64,000 nt of DNA. Source: Entomortierella parvispora E1425. Lineage: Eukaryota; Fungi; Mortierellomycota. Shown here one piece after another: positions 23,852 through 35,236 of this stretch. The translations under genes and the position numbers were made by a program. Every line of letters begins with the position of its first letter. The first letter of the stretch is position 1. The notes beneath the pieces were generated by a model. It saw only the letters and a program-made list of their open reading frames with translations. It was not told the DNA's origin and ran no database searches. The DNA lies in the NCBI GenBank assembly GCA_020891255.1, contig BQFW01000008.1, positions 1,302,001-1,366,000 on the forward strand. Reading direction: 5' to 3'.

Positions 23852-26800
23852 CTAGTCTTGCGAGGAATGTCTGTCTTCTGCACTTTGTAAAACATCTATG
23901 ATGCGAAGAAAGCTCTTTCTAGTTTCATCCGCTGAAGAAGATCCAATGTCGTTAAAAGAGATTGCATCTTTTTCAATAGCTGCTACGGGTGCTGTCGACG
24001 TCAAAGTCGATGCACCAGAGAGGATCATTGCAGAGGACGCCAGTGAAGAGGGTGCCCAAGACTTTAGCGACAGAGGAGGTGACGCAGGTGGGGACAACGA
24101 AGACAATGAGGAAAATGTGGACGGCGCACTTGACAATGTTCCAGAGAATAGAGGTGACGCCATTGTCACATCCAGCTCGTTATCGTCAAGTGTGAGGGTC
24201 ATGAATGAATTAGCCCTGGACAGGGAGGATGACGGTGAGAATGACGGAAAGTAAGAGGAACCTTCCTGATATTGAAGTTGTTGCTGCTCCTGAGAGAGCG
24301 TGGGGTGGCTCATGTCTCCCTGGGGCTCCTGCTGTCCCTGGTGCTCCTCCATGATGGATTGATTAAAGTCAATAAACGATTTCAAAAGCTCTAGCATTGG
24401 CACTAATGTCTGTCCCTCGGCGGCCAAGTAGAGACGTCCCTCGCGTTCCTGACTACCATCCACAATGCATCCGAGCAAAAGAGCGAGGTACGCTGCCAGC
24501 ACTTGGTTCTCAGTCTAAAAAGTCAACGATTTATCAAATGTATCAGAACGACCGTCCAGACGATATCGTGTCAGATTACAAAGTATAAAACCCTTACCAG
24601 CTCGCTGATTGTCACTTCAACATTGTAAACCCCTACGAGACGCTCAAGCGCGTCTGTACTCTTCTCGCATCGGCACTGCTCATGGAAGCAATCTCCAAGA
24701 GCCTTGCAATCCAGCGAGATCGCTATAATGAGCCGAATTAGTCTCAATTTCATCCACCATGCAATAATGTCTTCAAACATCGGAACTGGTGCAAGAAAAT
24801 CGACGCTTACCTTGCTCCACCACTTGTTCCCGATGCCGTTGATTCACTTCGAGTATGTTGATCATAAGACCTATTGACAATAACAGAATGTCGTACCATC
24901 CATTGGCGTCATTTTGAATTTCAAGAATCGACGGTGTCTCGTCATCTGACCGGGACTCGATGGGGTCCTCAATAGTATCGCCCGGTGTCAATAGCTGAGA
25001 GATGTGGCCAAGCTCGGACCCTGAAGACTCAGAAGGCTGTGCCGTCCATTGTATCCGCCCGTCTGGCTTGTTGCTGTTGGGATTCTGTTGTGTCATTTCG
25101 TCCTCAGAATCCGGGTTAAAATTTCGGCAGTGTCCATAAAACTGTATGATGTTCTGAACCAAGATCGGCAAGGCTCCACTTTCGGCCAAGCGTTCACAGC
25201 AGGGTTCGGACCCATTCGTCACATTAATGAGTAAACGTAAAGTGTGCAGAATCAGATTTATCGATTCTATCATCCAATCCAAGTATAAGGTCCGTTAGAA
25301 TTGGCCTATTTTCAACAGTGCATCGTAACATCACTTGTGGACATTTACCTTTTCTCTGCGGGTATTGGAAAGCGTGAGCTCGACAAAGAATAATGAGCTG
25401 TGATAGCAGTGTAAAGAGACGCACGCTTCCTGCAAGTGCCCTTGACGGCTTTTTGGAGATGAGCGACAATCGCTCCAGTATCCGCAGACAATTTTCTATC
25501 CGAGCAATGTCCAGCACGTCCGGAAGAGATGCACCCTATCAAAATATAACGCGGACACGGAGGCATCAGTCAATGAGATCCGACATAGTAAACGACTCGG
25601 AACAATTTTTCGATTTGGCCACAATTGTCCTTGACTTACTGGTGAGGAGGATGGCTCTTTGATCCAGGCCAGGTCGTCTATCAGAATTTCAATCACCAAG
25701 TTCAAGAAATCTGGGTCCCGATCGATTGCAGTCATTGTGGTAAAATCTTTTTTGAACACGCACTCGTTAATAATGGCGTTCAGAGACGATAGGATGATGG
25801 ACTTTGTAAGAACCTTTTGGCCTTTTTCTAGAATGCCAGATTGCCGTGCGAGATCCTTGAAATCATTGTACTATTTGGTATATTAGACACGTTTCAACAT
25901 TTAACAATGCCCCCATATCCCTCAGAAATGTCGACTCGTATCAAAGGGTCTTACCATCATGACGTCCTGCTTTCCGCTGGGAAGAATTGCCATTGGGTCC
26001 ATATCTTCGTCTAGACCTTGGCAAAGAAACTCGACTAGTCTCGGGATTGCAATTACACTTTTCAATGATTCCCGCGAATCTTGGATGACAAGTGTAATCA
26101 TGAGCACCAGACATGAAAGCACCACCTAAGATACCACAGCCTCATATGGTTATTAAGAGTCAATGCACACTGCCCATCCGCTGCACTTGATGACTTACAG
26201 GATCCCGATCTTCCCGGATAGCCTCGAATACCTTGGGCATATAGTGATGGGTTCTTATTTGAATGAGAAACTCTTGCTTTAACATTGATTTTGCCAGTTC
26301 CAGGCAACTACAGCACAGCCGGTAACCAAGACAACTCGGTGAGTAAAAAGTCGGACCTTGACAGACATTTGTTGTTCTCCAATAATTGTTGGATAAATGT
26401 GTGTCATATGTACCTGACCCTCCGGATCTTCAGCTTGTCCTTATTCCGAACACCTTCCAGGGTATAGTCCATCTCGTCCCTGAACCGATGACTCTGTCCA
26501 GACTCTCGAAGCTCATGGGAGGCTTTCAAGGCGACCCGTTGCTCCTGTTGCGCCGAGTGGAGTAGGTTGGAAGACAAAACATCAGTTTCATGTTTGCCAC
26601 CAAAAAGCACTGCCCTTTCTGTTTGTTTTCTGCGTTGGACCCTCACATTGTTTTCTCTCTTGGAAAGACTGCTTTGCGAGCTCGTCCTGGAGATGGGATC
26701 GTGGAGTCCGAGCGAGCTCCTGGAGGAGCGGGATCGCTTTAGTCCTCCTACCCCAGGAGAGGTGGGTGAGAGAGTGAAAGCGGGCGAAGGAAGACTCTGG

Positions 26801-26922
26801 GCTGGCTCCGAGTCGGACGAGGTGTCTCCCAGGTCCAGCACATTGCCGTCGTGCTCGGCGAGGCTACGCTGTCGACTGTAGGTGAGTCTGGGACTCTTGG
26901 TGTTGACGCCTCTCCGAGGCAT
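23852..26922 (-). CDS. WAPL: Wings apart-like cohesin release factor (Wapl/Wpl1/Rad61)
   Basis: HELRESGQSHRFRDEMDYTLEG motif, helical-repeat exons (CLRILERLS; LRLLINVTN) and C-terminal LAAYLALLLGC; multi-exon. Confidence 0.85.
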
Positions 26923-27707
26923 GAGCAAAGGAAATGGACAAAGAAGGAGGCCTCGAGAGAAGAGCAGCGAATGGAATGGAAATGCAGACCAGAAAGAAAT
27001 AAAAAAAAAGAAAAAAAAAATGCCGAGAATAAGAACTACAAGGTGGCTTCCTGGCCCTGCATGCGATGCCCTCTCCCACACCTACACAACACACACACAC
27101 ATAGCCTTGCTATCCTTCTCGTTCGAACCGATGAATGCATTGTTTAATGGGAAGAGTCCATGTTGAATAGACCACAGTAATAAATGTACGATCCGCATCT
27201 GTCCCGGCGAGGCCAGTACTTGGGCACCGAGTCATTAAAGATCGCGTCGATCTAGCCCTTGAACAATGCAAAGCAATCCACCGGGAGACCCTTGACACGC
27301 ACGCACACGATCGCAAAAGGGGGCAAACCCACTTTCACCCCCTCCTCCTCCATGTCCCCATGCGATGGCGTGCATCAACGTCCAGCTCCGAGTTCTACGC
27401 TCTCATGGCCTGTGAACGAATCACAGGTCAATCAAACGCAGAAAAATAGGAATTGAGAGAAGACACACCAACAAGGAACAAGTAAGAGAGAGGATCAGGT
27501 GCGGGTAGGTGCCGCCAGTTGGAAAGAGAGGTGGAGAAGGGTCATAGCCGAGGGTTGTTCGCAGTGTTCGCTGACCAGTCCCTCTCATGCTACGGGGCAA
27601 GCAATGGAGGGAAGGAAAGAAAGGAAGGGGGGCGCATTGAAGAGAAAAGAATCTGGCCGCATACCTTTATTTTACTCAAAAGTTTTTATGATTACCCTTG
27701 GGTTCAA

Positions 27708-28625
27708 TCATGGCTCCTTGGTCCGTTCTTTCTGCCTCTCCTTCTCCTTCTCCTTCTCCTTCTGTCTTTCGCGTGCCTCGTCCCGATCGGTCAGTCGCTG
27801 CTCAAAGATCTTTTTGTAGTCCCTGGAGGTCAATGGCCGTGCTGCCATGCTGTCGCCTTCGGTCTTGAACGCCAGGTTGTGTTTGAACCGGATCCGTTCT
27901 TCTTCTTCTTCCTCTGGTTCTTCCTCCTCCAGCTCCATCGAGGCCGTGGCCTTGACAACAGGCTCCAAGATCTCATCCTCGGGTCGTCGATGGCGACTGG
28001 CCCGCTTGTTGGATCGATCAATAATGTCGTATCCGAGCTTGTCCTTGTCTTTGCTTCCAATGCCCTCTGAATCTGACACGGGCCTGGACTTTGACCGACT
28101 GGTTCCCCGCGACTTGCTTCGGTCCGCCTTTTGCTGGTACTTGTTGCCACGACGGCCCTTGACACAGCGCTGACCTCGGTCACACGAACGCTGCACGTCC
28201 TCTTCAGAGTCGGACTCTTCCTCAGAGCCGGACCCGGCCCTGTTGCTGTCTCCGCCTCTGACGGATGCCTGGTTCTCAGGGGTGTCTTCTTCCTCATCCT
28301 GCTCCTCTTTTTCATCTTCGTCCGACCCGCCTTTCTTCCTTCTACGCTGTTCCTCCTTTTGTTTCTGGCGCTCTTCTTGCTCAATCTGCTTCAGCTTCTT
28401 TTGGACATAGCTCTGCGTGGCCTTTTCTCGACTCTTGTTGGCCTTTAGAGCTCGATTCCGCAAGCCTTCCTTAAAGTCGCTTTGGAAGCCAATTTCGCCG
28501 GATTCGCGGCTCTGGTGGGCAAAAGAAGGATCCTGGTCGTGAATGATTGGGTTGAGGTGGTTTATATTCTTGAACTCTTCGGGCAGAGAAGCGTCAGAGT
28601 CGTGGTCGTAGTCTTCAAATGGCAT
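27708..28625 (-). CDS. Hypothetical highly charged (E/K/R/S-rich) protein
   Basis: Single ORF of about 305 codons from MPFEDY. Composition is coding-like; no family recognised. Confidence 0.7.
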   Translation of the reverse strand: MPFEDYDHDSDASLPEEFKNINHLNPIIHDQDPSFAHQSRESGEIGFQSDFKEGLRNRALKANKSREKATQSYVQKKLKQIEQEERQKQKEEQRRRKKGGSDEDEKEEQDEEEDTPENQASVRGGDSNRAGSGSEEESDSEEDVQRSCDRGQRCVKGRRGNKYQQKADRSKSRGTSRSKSRPVSDSEGIGSKDKDKLGYDIIDRSNKRASRHRRPEDEILEPVVKATASMELEEEEPEEEEEERIRFKHNLAFKTEGDSMAARPLTSRDYKKIFEQRLTDRDEARERQKEKEKEKERQKERTKEP

Positions 28626-29062
28626 GTTTGAGAGAAATGATGGGTTTTGCAATTGCGGAACGATCGTCGTACGTTTGTTGGTTGGGAGGTAACAGTGGCG
28701 ATGGGAGGAGTGTGTTCAACTAAAGGAGTTCCTGAAAGCAAAAGATTCAAGAGCTTTTATATCGCACCGATGAACCCCATCCCGCAGTTTGCTGCGGGCC
28801 AAGCAGACAACTTAAGGTATGAACAAGAATTTTCTTGAAAATTACAATCGGGATTAGATGTAAAAAAAAGTTGATAGAGAGAGCTAGCCTCGGGACAATG
28901 TGAAGGAACTCTGGAGGCAGTGTTCGCCCTTCCCGAGTCCATGACTTGTGTCTTGGGAAAGAGAGCCTTGAAAAAAAAAGGTGGGCGTCATTGCAGAAAA
29001 CGCGGCGCGACCTTATTACATTTTTTTTTGAGGCGGGCGGTCGTTTCCAAATATTGCTCGGA

Positions 29063-30880
29063 TCAGAGCATTAAGCACATACATCCCCGGCGCTTCTTCT
29101 GCAAGTCGTCCACCTCTTCCTTCATATGCTGGAGAATTGAGGATTGGATGCGGACCGGAGGCTTGCATTGGGCAATACCAATCCTGTCTTGCCCCTTGTC
29201 AAACACGCAGTAGTTTTGTTTGATGAATACATCTCCGAGGATCCAAATGGGCTAGGTAGATCACAGTAAAAGAAGACAGACAAAGAAAATATCAGTGCCC
29301 AGAGGATACACGACCAGTCTGTCAAATCGTTTGGAAAGAAAGGGTTCTCTTACAATCTGGTCATTGCTCGCAATTCCCGAGTAAACATAGCCACGTTTGT
29401 CCTGGACGGATTCTCGCAAAATGTCCTTCATCACCACGTCAAACTTGACGCCACCCAGCACGAATTGAATTCCACTCAACGCGGCATTGGCGGCCGTATT
29501 AGGAATGATCCACCCGTGTTCGTCATCGTAGAGAGACCCCGGGATCTGGGCATGGATTGCTTGCGCAACTGGAGTGGGAACAATGACTAGGGTAGTCCCT
29601 ATAGTGAGTAGGCCAAAAAACAGGACAGTGGTGAGTCGATAAACGTTATTCATACCCTTTCTCTACGAGTCTTGCCTCACCTGTGTCAATGATTACATCG
29701 CTCTTTTGATTCAGATCCTGGTCACCGAAAAAGAGTCCATCGCATTGCACCTGCCAGTATCTCTTGAGAGTAACAGGGACCCAAGTAAGCTCACCGTCGA
29801 ATCGGTCGGTATCATAACCTCCAAATCGATACTCTGGTTTGGAGACAAAAAAATCCAACAGTGTCAACATTGAGATCCGCGCGAGAATTTTTGACGCAAC
29901 AACCGAGGGAGACAGTAACAAACAAATAGAAGAGAAAAAACGCACCTCCGCCACCGCCCTCAGTGCTTCGACCCAACCAGACGCTGAAGCACGGGGACTG
30001 GATGAGTTTTTGTTGAATCAAGTTGTCCATGGGTGTCAAGGTTCCAGGAACACAGGAAATGGAGTTGTATGCAAGTCCCAAGATGCCGTCGACTACATCG
30101 TTGCTGAAAGAGGTGGATTCTGTATTGGCCAATCCAATAGTCTGGTTCTCAATGGTAAGTCCTGCCAAGTTGACTCGGTCTTGTCCCATGATCCCTTGAA
30201 CATTTGATCCATCGCCGTAGCTAACAAAAAAAAAGTAGGCGTTAGTAAAGCCAGCACTTCAGTTGCGTCTTTCTCTTTGTCGCCCTATTCACACCTGATC
30301 TGGAACTTTCCCTTGACGGACTTGAATGAGGTCGAGGTGGCCCTGTTGAATGTTACGCGTTTGGTTGTGCAAGTCGAGTCTGGTACCCACAAATCACTGC
30401 TGCCTGTGTCAAAATCCAGCCGGAATTTTTGATCATTCGAGCCAATCTCGACTATAGTAACGATGTATATAAAAAAAGTTGTGCACCCACGACCATTAGT
30501 CTTGGCTGCACGAAAGCCAGGGCGCCTTAACAATATATTTCTCAGAAGCTGTACTGCACCCTACCTTCTGCATAGTATTGAATGTCGCGAGCAACGTCCG
30601 TGAGGGTCTCGATATTACGGGGACTAGCCTCTGCTGAGGCTTTATCCAACTTGAATCGGCTAAGAAGCCCTGGTTTCGAGGGCGGTGGGACATGTCTGGC
30701 TGCCGCCACCATGGCCGCCTCGCGTGTTCGAGGCTCATAGTTAGGATTGAAGGTCAATTGCATTCTAATTGGAGGGTTCAAAAAAAACATCTGTTTGAGG
30801 AAAGAGTCTGCCACACAAAAAACAACCACGAATCAAGAAAGGTGATGCTCTTACGAAACGACCTTTGCATCCACAGTCAT
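29063..30880 (-). CDS. Pepsin-like A1 aspartic protease (rhizopuspepsin-like); 3' end uncertain
   Basis: Two catalytic motifs FDTGSSDLW and IDTG|TT (split by an intron). Also YGDGS flap, DGILGL and WILGDVFIK. Propeptide-like LTFNPNYEP near the start. A possible further intron (GTATGT near 29082) could move the stop to about 28884. Confidence 0.9.
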
Positions 30881-31587
30881 CTTGAAGTTCTTTGACGGGT
30901 TTTCTGGATTGAGTGGTGAAAGGGAAGAGATGCAAGCGGGAGAAGAAAATAAGGAAAAAGGAAGGCGGAGAAGGGAAAAGGCGATGGAATGCGAGTGGAA
31001 GATAAAGAGAGTGAGGTGGCGAGGGAACGGGCCGTTTGCACAAAGGTAAAATAAGCATTGTCCCTTTTTTTTTGTTCACATGGACGTTGTGCGCACGAGT
31101 GCCTTTGATCCCCCTGTTTGCTGCTATCCGAGGGACCAGGAGGAGTGGGGAAACCTGTGTCTGGTGAGCTGAAGGATAGGAGTCGATTCGATGAGCTGAT
31201 TTCCAACAAAGGAGCTGACAAACACTCGAGTGGACACCAGGACAGCACAAACACGAGATCAGTTGACTGTCAACGTTCACTCCTATCCAGGGTTTGGCCG
31301 ATTGTCCAAAGGCACGATATCGCGCTTCCGTCAGCTCAAGTTTATTCAACAAACATGTTCGCTGTATGTGCGACGTACATGTACATGTAAGAAACAGGCA
31401 GACCAAATATATTTGGTGGCGTAAAGAGACGCGCCCTGCGCCCCGTAAGCGACCTCGTTTTGCACGGATTTTCTGCGGTGGTCCATTGCGCTGAGATTGA
31501 GGAGAGAACAGCATCCATCCCGTTCCATCCACCAACTGCATTCCCTTGAATCACTCTCCCACAGGAACCGACCTAGCGAAACAAACA

Positions 31588-32681
31588 ATGTCTGACTTCC
31601 AGCGTGGACTGCAGGCCTTTGAGCGACTGATCAAATCCGATGACGGCGTGCGAGCTGGTTCATGTCGCAAATGCGGTGGAGGTAAGGATCAGGAAGGTAG
31701 AAGTGAGTAAACCAGCCAAGGCAACAGGCAGACTGACCGCTCGTCGTGATTCAATCGTTTAGGTGGACACTTGACATTCGAATGCAGGAACCTGATTAAG
31801 CTGGATGACCCTACACCCAAGAAGAAGCCCAGCTCTCGTTTTGGTTTCCTCCAAACACAACTTCCAGCAACTAGCAGCAATGGTAGCAGCCCTGCTGGGT
31901 CTTTGCCAGGCACCCCCAGATCCGCCCCTCCATCAAAGAAGCCCGTTGCAGAACCAAAGCGAGACTCGAAACGCAGGAGAAGTGTTAGCAGCAGCAGCAG
32001 TAGTAGTAGCAGTGGTAGCAGCAGTGGGAGCGACAGTGAATCCGAGTCTGACTCCTCCGGCTACTCGTCAGATGATCGTCGTCACCGAAAGAGAGGATCG
32101 AGCCGCCGCAAACATTCATCCAAGAAGGACAGCCGCGATAGACATTCACGCCGTAGATCGAGATCCAGATCAAGAGACGATCGCGGTAGTCGGAGGAAAA
32201 GCTCTAGAAGGACAAGATCGCATTCTCGGTCCAGATCGCCAGCAAGGTATGTGTGTGGATCAGATAAAGAGCTGTGCAGGATCAGGCCACAACGTTACCC
32301 CGACGCGCCGAGCCAGGCAGACTAAAACTTTTGCTCTCTGACCCATGTTTGGTTATACATAGACGTCGCAGCGAGACAGGTCATAGAAAATCATCTAGGC
32401 GAGATCGATCCCGCTCGCGCTCACCGGTAAAGACGAAAAGAGGTCGTTCGCTCTCTCGATCCAGGTCCCCAGTCGCTACTAAAGCCCGCGTCCGGTCTCC
32501 CTCGCGCTCACCAGCCCCAGCGCCAGTCAGAGGACATGGCTCTCGTTCGCGATCCCCTCCTCGACGCCGTCGATCGCCTTCTCGTTCTCGTTCTCCTTCT
32601 CGCTCACGATCGCCTGCACCTCGCCATCGCCAAAGAGACGACAAGGCCCATCGTTCTCGATCCAGATCCCCCAGATCATAG
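31588..32681 (+). CDS. CCHC zinc-knuckle SR-rich protein (SREK1IP1/CXIP4-like)
   Basis: Spliced RAGSCRKCGG|GHLTFECRNLIKLD followed by Ser- and RS-rich tails; three exons. Confidence 0.85.
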
Positions 32682-33531
32682 TCAAGGGTGGAGGTTTTTA
32701 TTTATTTTGATACAACCCGCAGTCGACTTCATAGACAAGGCCTAGTTGCTTAGGTACACTTGTGGAAATAAAAGACCCGCCGCTTCTCGAGCACGAACAG
32801 GTTTTGCTGCATTATATTGTACCTTTCCCTCCCCCCCAACTCACTGCGCGTTAACCTTCACAATGGGTCTCCGCTCGCCAACCATTGATCGAGGCCTGCG
32901 AACACAGCCGTCAAAGCACCAGACATGATGAACAACCTTGACCAACATTCTTTCTCAGCCAAGAGAAAAAAGAAATCCACTCGAGGCTGGGGGAATTTTT
33001 TCGCATACGCACTTTTTTTACGTTCTCTGAAGGACCAATCCGGATGAGACACCTCGAGCATTTGTCCGGATGCACGTCCTCAAGGGACACATTTTGAATC
33101 TCTCTTGACCTTTATTCTACACCAGTCCTTTTTAGTTTTTTCCCCCTTCCCATGAGCTGGTTTGTCCCCCAACTGCCGACTCTGCTGCCGCGTAACCGTT
33201 GAGAGCAAAAGCAGGGGATAAAAAAAGGTGTCAATCTGTGGCTCAAAGGGAGCAGCAAGGAGCGTTTTTATGATTTGTTTTTATCTTTGAATTTTCCGAC
33301 TGTTTGCCTTTTGCTGCTGTGGCCTTTCATTCCCACAATGCGGGAACGCAAAGGTGAGCAAAGACTCTGCGAAAAGGGCAAAGATGGGCAGAGAGATGAA
33401 AGTAAAAAATAAAATGCAGCCTTCAGAGGAAGGCTCTCTTGATTGGAAAAAGGCGTCGTTCATTTCCCTTTTGTTCGAAACTGGACCTTACCTGGGGTCT
33501 CTTTTTTTCGACTTGCTGCAGCCTGCCTCTT

Positions 33532-33923
33532 TCACTCAAAGCCTGACGGCGAACAGGTGTATGGATCACCCCTCAAAGTGATTTTGTTATTCCTCCAGAG
33601 CTAATCCAAACAATAGGATCCAAACAAAAGAAGAAAGAAGAATGAAAGAGAGAGAACGACAGAGAAGAGAAATGAAAGAAAGAGTGCGCATTGGCCCGCT
33701 CATTCGTTCATTTCTCTATTGTTTACCAGTCGAAACAATAGCCAAGGGCAAAGGGTGGATGTCCTTGATCCGACACCAGATAAAACAGAATGGACTGACG
33801 GACCGACAAAAAAAAAAAAAAAAAAAAAAAAAGCAGAGAGCACCCCTTCTCTCTTCTTTTCCTTTGCAGGCAAAATGGATTTTGGATGTCAGCGCGTCCT
33901 GTGTTTTTACGCCCAAATGCCAT
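33532..33923 (-). CDS. Putative spliced 49-aa microprotein or spliced lncRNA (not in the ORF track)
   Basis: ATG at 33923 and exons 33923-33911, 33794-33727 and 33600-33532 join in frame across GT-AG introns. A further intron (33491-33367) follows the stop. Confidence 0.3.
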
Positions 33924-35236
33924 TTCTGCTGCTGGGAAAGAAAGAGGAGACACGGCCGATTTTTATTCCTTTGAGAAGGCCAAGGAAAGAAGGGTGGAGA
34001 GAGGTATCCAGAAAAAGAAGAAAAGAAAAAAAAAAAAAAAAAAACAGAAATGAGCAGCCAAGCGGGCCGCAGCGTGCAGATGCATCGCATCCCATGCCCT
34101 GCTAGACTCGTTCACTCCAAGGACCGCCACCGTCTGTGCTGAACGAGCGATTGTTTCGTGAAGGGGGGTTTCTGTGGCAGGGATTCAAAACAAACAAAAG
34201 ATTGCTTTGCCCTAAACAGGTGAGGGAGTGGCGACCATGGCAGAAAGTGAAGCGATCACGTCTTTGGGAAGATCCAGCACCAAAGAAGATATGTACCTTT
34301 GAAGAACAGATGATGAGGTAAGAGAAGACAAGAGAAGAAAGGGACCCATCGACCCTTCCCATCCCATCGACCCATCGACCCAACAGGCTGGAACTAGACT
34401 GGACCCAACTGAGCCAAGGAACAATTCTCTTTTCTCTTCTCTCTTCTTCTTCACCCTCACTCTTCTTCACCTTCACTTTCACCCTCCCCTCATCACCCCT
34501 CATCACCCCCTCTTTCTCCTCTCTCCTCTCGTCTCCTTCCATTCGTTACTCCTTCATCCATCTTGACGCCCATCCTCTATCCTCCATCTCCCCATCTCCC
34601 CATCTCCCCATCCCCATCATCTGCATCATCCATCCCTCACGAAGGTACGCGCAGCTTCCCGACCACCTGTCCTCATTCTGGATGAGACACACCCACTCAC
34701 ACTCTTTTCGTCCATGGTGCGATGACCGACAGCGCTTGGATAAAGAAAAAAGAGGACTAATGAAAAAAAAAATGGGGTCTATCTGGGATGCTTCTCCTCG
34801 GCTGCTATCTCCTCGGAAGCACCGTGTGAACTTGCTTCCACTTTCACCGCAGATACAATTCAATGCTATTTACTTTACTGACCCTTGTCAACAAAACAAC
34901 CCGCTAACGCTCCTTTTCCATCTTTTGTCGAATGTCCTTCCCCACTGTTTCTCTCCTCCCTCTGCTCTTTTCGCCATCCTTCTCCCCCTTTTCCCCCTTC
35001 TCCTCCTTCCCGTCATTCTTCCAACAAACAATCAGCGTTTCCCTCCCTTTTTTGTCTTCCCCACCCTTTGCGCCCGTCCTTTGTACTACCATTGCTTCTC
35101 CCACGGCTCAAGGTCTTCCCGATTCGCAGAATTCTGCATTTTAATCGACAATCAGAGCCCTCCTCTTTGTTCAGTTATCCTTCCTGCCGATCTTCCTCCA
35201 GCTACATACCCCATCCTCCATACCACATAGTTCGCG

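Noticed and set aside
33486-33497. CTTACCTGG resembling the U1 snRNA 5' end
   Set aside because: No U1 stem-loops or Sm site follow. It is simply the reverse complement of a CAG|GTAAG donor on the minus strand.
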